This document shows positions 17,856 to 28,465 of a stretch of DNA of 64,000 bases, piece after piece (position 1 is the first letter of the stretch; every line of letters begins with the position of its first letter). Source of the stretch: Candidatus Poribacteria bacterium (lineage in GTDB: Bacteria; Poribacteria; WGA-4E; GCA-2687025). Under the pieces are notes generated by a model, which saw only the letters and a program-made list of their open reading frames with translations, had not been told where the DNA came from and did no database searches. The DNA lies in contig OY762492.1 of the NCBI GenBank assembly GCA_963665845.2, positions 2,624,001-2,688,000 on the forward strand, read 5' to 3'. Made by a program: the position numbers and the translations under genes.

Positions 17856-18503
17856 ATGTTTAATTGGATCCGCAAGCTTTTTGCGAACGAACGCGCCGAC
17901 GACGCTTCCGAGAAGAGCATGACCGACCTTCTTTTGAGCATGGAGCAGAAGCACCAGACGGTGAAGTTTCAGGCTGCCGAGGCGATCCATGAGGAGCGGC
18001 GCATTGCGGACGAATGCTCCGCGCAGAAGAGAAAGGCGATGGACGCCCACAACGCCGCGGCGCAAGCCATGCGGGCGGGGCTGGAGGCGAGCGCGCGGCG
18101 GCACCTTGAGCGGTGGCAGCATGCGCAGGAGCTCGCGGATGCGTATGAGGAGCAGCGCGCCGGCGTCGCGGAAAAGGTGGAGTCGCTCAAAGAGGCGTCG
18201 GAAACCTACAAGCTGGAAATTGAACGCATCAAGGGCGAGCAGAGAGCATGGGAACTGCGCCGGAGTACCGCGCGGATACGATCCGACCTCAGCGAAGCGA
18301 CCCGTTCGCCCGAAATCGGGGTCGCGCGGGAGCTGATTGAACGGCAAAAAGAGATCGCAAGGCGCGAAGAGGCGCGGGCGGAAGTGAGAGCGGCTGTCGA
18401 CAAGAAAGACCTGAAAATCGGCATTCAGAACGTGAAAGTCGAGAACGAAATGGAGAAGCTGCGGCAACGGCTCGGCAAGACGCGCAAGACGACCGACTCA
18501 TAA
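17856..18503 (+). CDS. PspA/IM30-like coiled-coil protein
   Basis: Amphipathic N-terminus MFNWIRKLF, then AAQAMRAGLEASARRHL resembling the PspA A..A...G.E.LAR..L pattern. All-helical, ~215 aa. Confidence 0.6.
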   Translation: MFNWIRKLFANERADDASEKSMTDLLLSMEQKHQTVKFQAAEAIHEERRIADECSAQKRKAMDAHNAAAQAMRAGLEASARRHLERWQHAQELADAYEEQRAGVAEKVESLKEASETYKLEIERIKGEQRAWELRRSTARIRSDLSEATRSPEIGVARELIERQKEIARREEARAEVRAAVDKKDLKIGIQNVKVENEMEKLRQRLGKTRKTTDS

Positions 18504-18505
18504 CC

Positions 18506-18636
18506 CTGACCGTATGTCTTTAGTTGGGACATGCCTGAATGCGAACGCGGACGTCTTCTGCGACGCCCTCTAGATTCCCGCTTGCGCGGGAATGACGAAT
18601 TGGTTGGCGACGCCTTTTTCCCATAAATAAAGGCTG
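18506..18636. mobile_element. Truncated MITE-like copy
   Basis: One TIR (CTGACCGTATGTCTTTAGTTGGGACA), the dRS3-like core and TTTTCCCATAAATAAAGGCT. The second TIR is absent. Confidence 0.7.
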
Positions 18637-18644
18637 AGGGAATC

Positions 18645-20171
18645 TTAGCGCCGGCGCTTCGGGGCTTTGCGCCCCAGTTTCAGGTTCTTTTCGTTTTCAG
18701 GCAGAAGATGTCCATCCCGCCGATTCTGGCTCTGCAGACCTGTCAAGGTCATTCTGTCCATCTTGACGCGGTTGCATGGCGGGCATAGCAGCGTCAGGTT
18801 GTCGTAGGCGTCGCTTCCGCCGTCCGACTTGGGGCGAATATGATCCACCTCCAGGACGCGCGGATCGAAGTTGTAGTCGCGCCCGCAGCCTTGACAATAG
18901 GCGTCAAACTGCTCCAGCAACTTTCCATGCTGCAAACGCGGCCTCGGATGGCGGGGGCGTTTGCGTCCGGTCAGCGTTGGAATGTCGGCAAACGCTTCGT
19001 CTCCGCCGTCGGTTCGGGCGGGCGGCTCCGTTTCATAATGGACAGCGTCAAAACCGAAACGCCCCTGCCGCTCCAGATCGGGATTCACTTCATCCGCCGC
19101 TAAACCTTCCATAGCGAGCCGAGACAACACCGTCTCATGCGCTTTGTCCCAAAGATCGATGCCGATCCATTGCCGATTCAGTTTTTCAGCGGCGACCGGC
19201 GTCGTCGCGCAGCCGCAAAACGGATCCAACACCATATCGCCTTCGTTAGAGGAGGCTTTGATGATCCGCTCATAAAGCGCAATCGGTTTTTGCGTCGGGT
19301 AGCCTGTGCGCTCTTTCCTGGATTCCACTTTGATGTCCAGTATGATGTCGCGCGCCGCGATGCCTTTTGCCTCGTCAAGATAGATTTTACGTCTTGGGAT
19401 TGTGCCGCGGCTGGGCCAATAAATAAGCCCCTCGGCGTCCATCTGGTCAAGCCTCTCTTTTGGGAAACGCCATAGATCGCTGACGCCTTTCCATTCAAAC
19501 TCGTATCCGCCGCCTGAAAGCCCGCGGGCATGCAAGGGCGCCGTCGTGAATCTGCCCGTATCGTCTTTCTGCTTGTAGGCGGACTGGAGATATTCTTCGT
19601 CGTACGGTTCTCTCGCCTCGTTTGTCCATGTGTATGTCTTGGACTTCGTATAAAAAAGCAGGATGTCATGAATTCTGCCCCACTTGGTTCGGGCGTCATT
19701 ATGCGAACCGTACCTGCGCCACACGATCTCATTTCTAAAATTCTCTTGACCGAAAACGGCGTCCAGCAGCATTTTCAGATAGTGGCTCGCGGTCGGATCG
19801 CAATGCAGATAGAGGCTTCCGTCATGGCGCAGGACGCGATGCATCTCAATGACGCGGACGCCCATGAAGCACAGATAGGCGGCGAGGTCGTCCCCGTAAA
19901 CCGTTTTTGCCGCCATGACCGCGTTCCAGACTTCAGGGTGTTCGTCCCTTATTTTCGTCAGCCATTCGTCATGGATGTCGTCGCGCCATGACCATCGGTC
20001 TTGGAAGCTGGCGCCGTCGGCGAGGCTGTCGGGCGTCGCATGGAAGTCGCGCGACTTGTTGAACGGCGGGTCGGTGGCGACAAGATGAACCGTTTCGCTG
20101 TTCATGCCGCGCAGGAAGGCGAGGTTGTCGCCGTGGTATAAGGTGCGGTTTTGGAAGTTGGGGGAGGGCAT
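18645..20171 (-). CDS. Amino (N6/N4) DNA methyltransferase, beta-class, fused to a C-terminal HNH endonuclease domain
   Basis: Motif IV DPPF precedes YPTQKP and motif I DPFCGCAT. C-terminal CQGC...VDHIRPKSDGGSDAYDNLTLLCPPCN is a Zn-binding HNH. Confidence 0.9.
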   Translation of the reverse strand: MPSPNFQNRTLYHGDNLAFLRGMNSETVHLVATDPPFNKSRDFHATPDSLADGASFQDRWSWRDDIHDEWLTKIRDEHPEVWNAVMAAKTVYGDDLAAYLCFMGVRVIEMHRVLRHDGSLYLHCDPTASHYLKMLLDAVFGQENFRNEIVWRRYGSHNDARTKWGRIHDILLFYTKSKTYTWTNEAREPYDEEYLQSAYKQKDDTGRFTTAPLHARGLSGGGYEFEWKGVSDLWRFPKERLDQMDAEGLIYWPSRGTIPRRKIYLDEAKGIAARDIILDIKVESRKERTGYPTQKPIALYERIIKASSNEGDMVLDPFCGCATTPVAAEKLNRQWIGIDLWDKAHETVLSRLAMEGLAADEVNPDLERQGRFGFDAVHYETEPPARTDGGDEAFADIPTLTGRKRPRHPRPRLQHGKLLEQFDAYCQGCGRDYNFDPRVLEVDHIRPKSDGGSDAYDNLTLLCPPCNRVKMDRMTLTGLQSQNRRDGHLLPENEKNLKLGRKAPKRRR

Positions 20172-21310
20172 TATGTGTCAAGAAGCGAGCGGTGAGCCGC
20201 TTCTACCGCCGAGCCGGGCGAAAAACGATAGCCCGCGTCTGACAGCCCGCGTTCCAGCGCCGCCGCCGCCGACACGATGTCCAAATCGTCCACCCATCCC
20301 AGATGCGCGGCGCGGATGAGCCGCCCTTTTAAGGCGTCCTGACCCCCGACAAAGACAGCGCCATGCTTGTCGCGCAGATTCTGAACGAACGCCTGGCTAT
20401 CGATCCCGTCGGGCGCGAGAAACGCTGTCAGCGCGTTCGACGGGACGCGCGGAAACAGCCGTATGTTCAGCGCCGATACCGCCGCGCGCATCGCCGAGGC
20501 GAGACGCGCATGCCGCGCCCAAGACGCCTCCATGCCGCCCGCCGACATGATCGTCTCAAGGGACGCGCGCAGCCCGTATATCAGCGAGATCGCGGGAGTG
20601 AACGGCGGAGAGCCGTTGGCGACGCGGGCGGCGTTTTGGGCGTAATCGAAGTAGTAGCGCGGCAGGTTGGCGCTTTTGGACGCCTCCGCGGCGCGCCCGC
20701 TCAACGCGCACAGCCCGACGCCCGGGGGAGTCATCAGCCCCTTGTGCGAGCAGCTGACCAGCGCGTCCACGCCCCATTCATCCATGCGCATCTCGTCCGC
20801 GCCGAGGGCGCTCACCGCGTCCACAATCAGCAGTACGCTCCGCTCCCGCGCGATCTCGCCGAGGGCGCGGATGTCATGCAGCGCGCCGGTGGAGGTTTCG
20901 CACAAGGTCGCCAAGACCCCCTTCGTTTCAGGGCGGGCTTTTAGCGCCGTCTCGACCGCCGCAGGATCGACGCTGGCTCCCCATTCGACGTCAAGCGGCT
21001 GGACGTCTAGACGGTACGCCTGCGCCAGCTCAACCCATCGGTCGCCGAATTTGCCGCTGCGGACGGCGAGGACAGGGTCGCCCGCCGAGAAGCAATTGAC
21101 AAGCGCGCATTCCATTCCGCCGGTGCCGGAGGAGGCGAAGACGGCGACATCGGAGACGGTCTGGAACGCGGTTTTCAATAAGCGCGCGCATTCCTTGACC
21201 GCCTCGGACGCCTCCGCGCTTCGGTGGTAGTCGATCTCCGCCGCCATCGCTTGGCGCGCGTTGGGCGGGGTCGGCGTCGGTCCAGGCGAATAAAGCCGCC
21301 GTTTTTTCAC
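20171..21310 (-). CDS. Class V PLP aminotransferase (alanine-glyoxylate/serine-pyruvate type)
   Basis: Motifs PGPTP, SSGTGGME, ETSTG, VDAVSA and SHKGLMTPPG. The GTG start overlaps the upstream TGA. Confidence 0.9.
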   Translation of the reverse strand: MKKRRLYSPGPTPTPPNARQAMAAEIDYHRSAEASEAVKECARLLKTAFQTVSDVAVFASSGTGGMECALVNCFSAGDPVLAVRSGKFGDRWVELAQAYRLDVQPLDVEWGASVDPAAVETALKARPETKGVLATLCETSTGALHDIRALGEIARERSVLLIVDAVSALGADEMRMDEWGVDALVSCSHKGLMTPPGVGLCALSGRAAEASKSANLPRYYFDYAQNAARVANGSPPFTPAISLIYGLRASLETIMSAGGMEASWARHARLASAMRAAVSALNIRLFPRVPSNALTAFLAPDGIDSQAFVQNLRDKHGAVFVGGQDALKGRLIRAAHLGWVDDLDIVSAAAALERGLSDAGYRFSPGSAVEAAHRSLLDT

Positions 21311-22056
21311 CGGGAGCCGCCGCTTGACTTCACTTCGCCCCATGCGAGCGCCAGACGCCCCGCCGGCGAGACGTTCAGCGCCACCTCGTTTGCCGACAGC
21401 ATGCGCGAATAGAGGCGGAATTCATCCAGCCCGCCTGAATAAAAGCCGTTTCCGCCGCCGAACGCGGTGTCGCCGGGGCTTTTATGTCCGATGGCGGCGG
21501 GCTGCCCATGTCCGCTCAACTCCTGCCAGTCCGTTTTGACTGCGTCCACTTCGATGCCGTCCACATAGAGGAACATCTGCCCTTGTCCGAAGACAGCCGC
21601 AATCTCATGCCATTCGCCGTCGTCGGGGGCGTCCGTTTCAGCGATTTCAGGGGGCGGATGATCCGCGCCGCAGCAGACGGTGCCGAACTGAAGCATCCCG
21701 TCAAGGATGCGCACGGTGAAACCTGTCCATGCGCCGCCTTCATCGAAGATGATTCGCTGCCCGTCCATGTCGTCCGGTTTCATGTAGAACCGGACCGACA
21801 GTTCGGGATCGGGGTCTTTGAAGATTTGATCGAGAAGGTTGATGACGGTTGATCCGTCGAATTCCCATGCTTTTTGGACGACTCCGTCGATCAGGTTGGC
21901 GCTGCCGGCGAGTTCGCCGTCGCGTCCGTTTCCAGATTCGTCGTTCGGCTGGTTGGCGTTGAAGCTGATGTACAGTTCCAGCCCGTCTTCTTGGGCGTTG
22001 AGCGTGAGCGCAAACGCCGCAAAGGCCGCGGCTGCCGTTATTCGCAAGGCGCGCAT
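21307..22056 (-). CDS. Secreted LamG-like jellyroll protein
   Basis: Signal peptide MRALRITAAAAFAAFALTLNA, motifs WEFDG, WHEIA, LYVDG and GGLDEFRLYSRML, and tail VSPAGRLALAWGEVK. Confidence 0.85.
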   Translation of the reverse strand: MRALRITAAAAFAAFALTLNAQEDGLELYISFNANQPNDESGNGRDGELAGSANLIDGVVQKAWEFDGSTVINLLDQIFKDPDPELSVRFYMKPDDMDGQRIIFDEGGAWTGFTVRILDGMLQFGTVCCGADHPPPEIAETDAPDDGEWHEIAAVFGQGQMFLYVDGIEVDAVKTDWQELSGHGQPAAIGHKSPGDTAFGGGNGFYSGGLDEFRLYSRMLSANEVALNVSPAGRLALAWGEVKSSGGSR

Positions 22057-22139
22057 AGGCGTCTCCGTTCGTTTGAATGATGTCCGCGCCCTATTCATAA
22101 CCCGATGCGGCGGCGGTGTCAAGTACGGCGCTCCGCCGT

Positions 22140-22765
22140 TGTCGTCTGAACTAGGATTGCCAAGATTGAAAAGATTGCCAGGAAAACTCCTGCAGACCGC
22201 TCTCTTGGCAATCTTACTAACTGACCTCATGCGTAAAGTTGGGACAGCTGAACGAACGAAGCCTTTATTCATGGGAAAAAGGCGTCGCCAACCAAATCGT
22301 CATTCCCGCGTAAGCGGGAATCCAGAGGCGCCGCAGGAAACGTTCGCGTTCACCCCAACCGTCCGGCGGCTCAAATCGTTCCCGCTTCCGCGAGGACATG
22401 CATTCCCGCCCCTGCAGTTAAACGTGCGGGAATCTTAGCCGCCGTTGTCGTCTGAACTAGGATTGCCGAGATTGAAAAGATTGCCAGGAAAACTCCTGCA
22501 GACCGCTCTCTTGGCAATCTTAGCAATCCTTTAATCCTAGTTCAAAACCGACTCCACCCGCGCGCTAAAACCCCCCTAGCCCCCCTTTTCAAGGGGGGAA
22601 TCGGAGGCGCGCCCTTTTCAAGGGGGAATCGGAGGCGCGCCCTTTTCAAGGGGGAATCTGACCTTACGTCTTAAGTTGGGACATGTCGGCATGCGAACGC
22701 GGACGTCTTCTGCGGCGCCTCTAGATTCCCGCTTACGCGGGAATGACGATCTGGTTGGCGCCGCT
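22140..22765. repeat. Composite repeat cluster (hairpin modules, two MITE ends, dRS3-like and CCCC/GGGG modules)
   Basis: TGAACTAGGAT modules at ~22147 and ~22454, TIRs at 22221 and 22658, and three CCTTTTCAAGGGGGAATC units at ~22580-22658. Confidence 0.85.
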
Positions 22766-23566
22766 TTAGTCCGACTCTATGCCGGGCCAGTCGCGCCACA
22801 TGTCGCTGCAGGGCGGTTCCTCTTGGGTTTTGTCCAGGTCCGTCTTGCGGTAGTCGTACAGAATCGCCTGTCGAATCTGCCGCGAATAGTTATGCCCCGC
22901 CATATGCCCGATGCGGTGGTGCCAGAAGACCACGTCGCCCGCCGAACCGTGCAGGTCGACCGGCGCCCGCTCGTTCACTTTGCGCCGCACAACGTCGTAT
23001 CCGTCCGTCGGCTCCATCTTATATTGGGAGCGGAACATCGGATAAAATTCGCGGTGGCTTCCCGGCCACACATTGAAGCCGCCGCCGTCCGGCGGGACGT
23101 CGTCAATGTATCCGACCGCGCCGAGATGGAACGGATGCGCGTCCACATGGCAGCCCGTCCCGCGGCGCGGACCGTCGCCGTATGGCAGCGTGCAGTAGAT
23201 GCCGCGCACGCGCTTCGGATCCTGAAGCGCGCCTTTACCCAGCATCTGCTCCGCCATTCCATAGACGGACGGATCGGTCGCCAAGAGGCGTATCATCCAC
23301 TCCTCGCCGCCCGGACGGCGGAAGTTCCAGCGGAACCCTTGCCGCCTGTCCATATTGTCCTCGTTCGTTTCTTGAAACGGGCCGATCCAGGTGTCGGGGT
23401 CTTCCCGCGACAGCTGCGGCGGCGCGTTCTCCCACAGGTGATCGCGCGCCCGTTTCATCAGCCCTTCGTCCAGCACATTTCGCTTCACCAGATAGCCGTT
23501 CTCGCGGAAAAACGCGATGTCCTCCGCCGTCAAACGAACCAGCCCTTTTTCGTCCGATGCATGCAT
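22766..23566 (-). CDS. Phytanoyl-CoA dioxygenase (PhyH)-family protein
   Basis: Motifs FFRENGYL, CHVD (HxD), GGFNVWPGSH and GDVVFWHHRIGH. Confidence 0.85.
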   Translation of the reverse strand: MHASDEKGLVRLTAEDIAFFRENGYLVKRNVLDEGLMKRARDHLWENAPPQLSREDPDTWIGPFQETNEDNMDRRQGFRWNFRRPGGEEWMIRLLATDPSVYGMAEQMLGKGALQDPKRVRGIYCTLPYGDGPRRGTGCHVDAHPFHLGAVGYIDDVPPDGGGFNVWPGSHREFYPMFRSQYKMEPTDGYDVVRRKVNERAPVDLHGSAGDVVFWHHRIGHMAGHNYSRQIRQAILYDYRKTDLDKTQEEPPCSDMWRDWPGIESD

Positions 23567-23568
23567 AC

Positions 23569-25433
<1,865 letters not shown>

Positions 25434-25555
25434 CGCTCCGCCTCCTCAACCTGAAACGCATGATACTTGATATGCCCAAAAACGCATGCGGCGATGGCTT
25501 CGTCAACCAGCCCGTCGTTCCGCGCCCATATCCCGACATTCCGCGCCGATATCCT

Positions 25556-25655
25556 GTCATTCCCGCGTAAGCGGGAATCTTAAGGCATCGCAGCCGCTGC
25601 AACCGTCCTTTAAAACCCCCCTAGCCCCCCTTTTCAAGGGGGAATCGGACGCGGC
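25556..25655. repeat. dRS3-like palindrome plus CCCCCTAGCCCCCCTTTTCAAGGGGG module
   Basis: GTCATTCCCGCGTAAGCGGGAATCTTAAGGC followed by the C/G-tract hairpin. Confidence 0.8.
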
Positions 25656-25688
25656 TTTTCAGGAGAAATCGGATGCGGCGCATTTTTG

Positions 25689-25717
25689 TTGACATCTCAT
25701 CCTGTTCATGTTATCGT
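25689..25717 (+). promoter_or_regulatory. Sigma70-type promoter of the tRNA-Leu pair
   Basis: TTGACA-N17-TATCGT with a TG extension. Confidence 0.75.
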
Positions 25718-25729
25718 ACTTGACGCATT

Positions 25730-25817
25730 GCCGAGATGGCGGAATTGGTAGACGCGCTAGCCTCAGGAGCTAGTGGGCTTTTAGCCTGTGAGGGTTCGAA
25801 TCCCTCTCTCGGCACCA
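25730..25817 (+). tRNA. tRNA-Leu(CAG)
   Basis: GCCGAGA/TCTCGGC acceptor, anticodon arm CTAGC-CTCAGGA-GCTAG, long variable arm, GGTTCGAATCC, encoded CCA. Confidence 0.96.
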
Positions 25818-25819
25818 TT

Positions 25820-25908
25820 GCCGGAGTGGTGAAATTGGTAGACGCAGGGGACTCAAAATCCTCCGGGCCTTAAAGCCCATGTCGGTTCAAGTCCGACCTC
25901 CGGCACCA
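25820..25908 (+). tRNA. tRNA-Leu(CAA)
   Basis: GCCGGAG/CTCCGGC acceptor, anticodon loop CTCAAAA, long variable arm, GGTTCAAGTCC, encoded CCA. Only a 2-nt spacer from the previous tRNA. Confidence 0.96.
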
Positions 25909-25974
25909 TCCGCTTTCAAAAAAAACGACCCCTGCCCATCGCCCCGTAGATCCGATAAATGAAGCGAGTTCAGC

Positions 25975-26433
25975 ATGGAAGAACGAGACGACTCATTGAA
26001 CGATTCATTGAACGAAGAAGATAGCGGCGAAACCTACGACACCTACATCGAACGGGATGAGAAGTTTGCCCCGGAGGTGATCGTCGCGCCGAAGCAGCAG
26101 GTGTTTTTATACAGGCGGCTCCAAGACGCGCGCCACCCGCACCGCATCGCGGTCGTTGACGAGGACAACAGCCCGATCGGGTATCTGGAACGGGAGCTGG
26201 CGGAGACGGCCATTCTGCAGGGTCTCAAAGAAGGCTCCCGCTATCAGTGCTACATCTCCGACGACGAGGCGGACGGGCGCATTCCGCTCCTCATCACCTC
26301 AATGACCGAGCTGGAGGTGAATCAGATGCTCCAGGAGCGGGATTTAGCCGGCCCGCCGAGCGGAGCCGCAGAAGACGACATGGCGGCGTTTTTGCAAAAG
26401 CTCGCCCTTCTCGACTCCGCCGACGAGGAATAA
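25975..26433 (+). CDS. Acidic protein with a HIRAN-like domain
   Basis: LYRRLQDARHPHRIAVVDEDNSPIGYLERELA resembles the HIRAN pattern L.REP.N..D..AI.V.....IGY.PR..A. Confidence 0.55.
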   Translation: MEERDDSLNDSLNEEDSGETYDTYIERDEKFAPEVIVAPKQQVFLYRRLQDARHPHRIAVVDEDNSPIGYLERELAETAILQGLKEGSRYQCYISDDEADGRIPLLITSMTELEVNQMLQERDLAGPPSGAAEDDMAAFLQKLALLDSADEE

Positions 26434-26442
26434 GTTTATTCT

Positions 26443-26608
26443 CTGACATCGCGTCTTTAGTTGGACATTCCGCCTGGGGAACGCCGACAGTTTCTGCGCC
26501 GCTTCTAGATTCCCGCTTACGCGGGAATGACGGTCTGGTTGGCGGCGCCTTTTCCCATGAATAGAGCGATCGTCAGTTCAAATGTCCCATCTTTCTGCAT
26601 GAGGTCAG
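26443..26608. mobile_element. MITE-like element (complete, reverse orientation)
   Basis: CTGACATCGCGTCTTTAGTTGGACA ... TGTCCCATCTTTCTGCATGAGGTCAG, with a dRS3-like core. Confidence 0.75.
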
Positions 26609-27454
26609 TTATTCTCCCTTGGCGATGAGCGCCCCGACAATGTTGCCCCATTCGGTCCATGAGCCGTCGTAGTTCCGCACCTTTTCATGCCCAAGCAGGT
26701 ACTTCAGCGCAAACCAGGTGTGGGACGAACGCTCGCCGATGCGGCAGTAGGCGATCGTTTCCTTGGACCTGTCCAGCGTTCCGTAAAGCTGCTCCAGATC
26801 GTCCGCCGATTTGAAGGTGCCGTCCTCGTTCACGGCGGACGCCCATGGGACGTTCAGAGCGCCGGGGATATGTCCGCCGCGCTGCGCCGTCTCGGACAGG
26901 CCGGGGGGAGCCAGCACTTCGCCGGTGAATTCCGCCGGCGAACGCACATCGACCAGATTGATCGACTCGCCGCTCAAACCGGCGCTCACATGCATGCTGT
27001 AGGAGCGGACGTTGTCGTCCGCAAAACTGGCGCGGTAGCCCTCGGAGGAGTGGTCGGGGACGTCCGTTGTGAGCGGGCGTCCTTCCGCGGCCCACTTGCT
27101 GCGTCCGCCGTCCATGAGGCGCAGTTTGTCTTCGCCATGCCCCCAGTAGCGGCATTGCCAGAGCGCGTAGGTGGCGAACCAGTTGTTGTTGTCGCCGTAA
27201 AAGACGATCGTTGTGTCGTTGCCGATGCCTGAAGCGTCCATGAGCGCTTCAAAGTCCTCTTTTGTCAGGATGTCTCGGCGCACCTGGTCGCATAGCTGCG
27301 TTTGCCAGTTCCAGCCGACCGCGCCCTCGATATGCCCTTCGCCGTATGAGCTGGTGTCAACATCCACCTCCACCAAGCGTATTCCGCCGCCGGCGCCATG
27401 TTCGGCGACCCAGTCGGTGTCGACCAGCATTTCGGGTTGAGCGTATTCTGCCAT
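26609..27454 (-). CDS. Thiosulfate sulfurtransferase (two-domain rhodanese, CysA/SseA-type)
   Basis: Motifs YGEGHIEGA, RGGHIPGA, active-site YCRIGERS and YDGSWTEW. Confidence 0.93.
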   Translation of the reverse strand: MAEYAQPEMLVDTDWVAEHGAGGGIRLVEVDVDTSSYGEGHIEGAVGWNWQTQLCDQVRRDILTKEDFEALMDASGIGNDTTIVFYGDNNNWFATYALWQCRYWGHGEDKLRLMDGGRSKWAAEGRPLTTDVPDHSSEGYRASFADDNVRSYSMHVSAGLSGESINLVDVRSPAEFTGEVLAPPGLSETAQRGGHIPGALNVPWASAVNEDGTFKSADDLEQLYGTLDRSKETIAYCRIGERSSHTWFALKYLLGHEKVRNYDGSWTEWGNIVGALIAKGE

Positions 27455-27579
27455 GTGTTCTCTCCGCGTCTGCCTTGTGAGATATGTTGAGCATTATCAT
27501 AGCCTTGACGGAGCCGCGCGTCAACCCATGCGCCTGACCTCGCGTCTTAAGTTGGGACATGCCGGTGCCGGTATGCCGG

Positions 27580-27608
27580 TTGACCTGCGGCTCAAACAGC
27601 TGTAAAGT
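27580..27608 (+). promoter_or_regulatory. Sigma70-type promoter
   Basis: TTGACC-N17-TAAAGT ahead of the aldo/keto reductase. Confidence 0.55.
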
Positions 27609-27646
27609 TGATCAGTGAAAACGGCAACCTCCAAAGGAGACCTCCC

Positions 27647-28462
27647 ATGCAGCGGGTTAAACTCGGCAACACCGGCATCGAAACCTCCTATCTCGCCATC
27701 GGAACCGGCACGAACGGATGGAACGGCTCCTCCAACCAGACGCGCCTCGGATTTGAAAACTGCGTCAACCTCTTGGAATACGCCTACGACAACGGCGTCG
27801 CCTTCATCGACTCCGCCGATATGTACGGCTCGCACCGCGAAACCGCCGAGCTCGGCAAGCGCGTCGGGCGAAGCAACCTGGTCGTCGCCACGAAGACGGT
27901 CGCCAAAGACGCCGAAAAGGCGAAGGCGGACATCCCCCGATTCCTCAAAGAGCTGAACACTGACTACCTGGACATCGTCCTCATGCACTGCATGACGCGC
28001 GGCGACTGGCCGACCGCGATGCGCCCCGTCATGGACATCCTCTCCGACTACAAGCGCAGGGGCGTCATCCGCGCGGTCGGCGTCTCATGCCACGACTTCG
28101 CCGCGTTCCAAAACGCCGCCGAAGAAGAGTGGGTCGACATCGTCCTCGCCCGCGTCAACTACGACGGCGTCGCCATGGACGCGCCGCCTGACCAGGCGAT
28201 TCCCGTCATCGAACGCATGAAGGCGAACGGAAAAGCGGTGTACGGCATGAAGGTGATCGGACAGGCGCGGCTGGCGGACAACTGGAAAGGCGCCATCAAG
28301 TTTGTGTTCGACCTGGACTGCGTTGACGCTGTCACGATCGGAATGCAGAGCCGCGAAGAGATCGACCGCAATGTCGGCTATATCCGCTCGCTTTTCAATT
28401 CGTCGTCCGGCTCGCCGCCTCTGAATATGCGTCCGAACATCGGCGGTCTTGAAGCGCGGTAA
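27647..28462 (+). CDS. Aldo/keto reductase
   Basis: RBS AAAGGAGA. Motifs LGNTG, DSADMYG, ATK, LNTDYLDIVLMH and GVSCH. Confidence 0.9.
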   Translation: MQRVKLGNTGIETSYLAIGTGTNGWNGSSNQTRLGFENCVNLLEYAYDNGVAFIDSADMYGSHRETAELGKRVGRSNLVVATKTVAKDAEKAKADIPRFLKELNTDYLDIVLMHCMTRGDWPTAMRPVMDILSDYKRRGVIRAVGVSCHDFAAFQNAAEEEWVDIVLARVNYDGVAMDAPPDQAIPVIERMKANGKAVYGMKVIGQARLADNWKGAIKFVFDLDCVDAVTIGMQSREEIDRNVGYIRSLFNSSSGSPPLNMRPNIGGLEAR

Positions 28463-28465
28463 ACA

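Noticed and set aside
22057-22272. N-terminal extension of the LamG ORF, and similar extensions at 29002, 32390, 37617, 39250, 48290, 49473 and 53295
   Set aside because: The extensions run through repeats or neighbouring genes. Downstream starts have an RBS, signal peptide or family-typical N-terminus.
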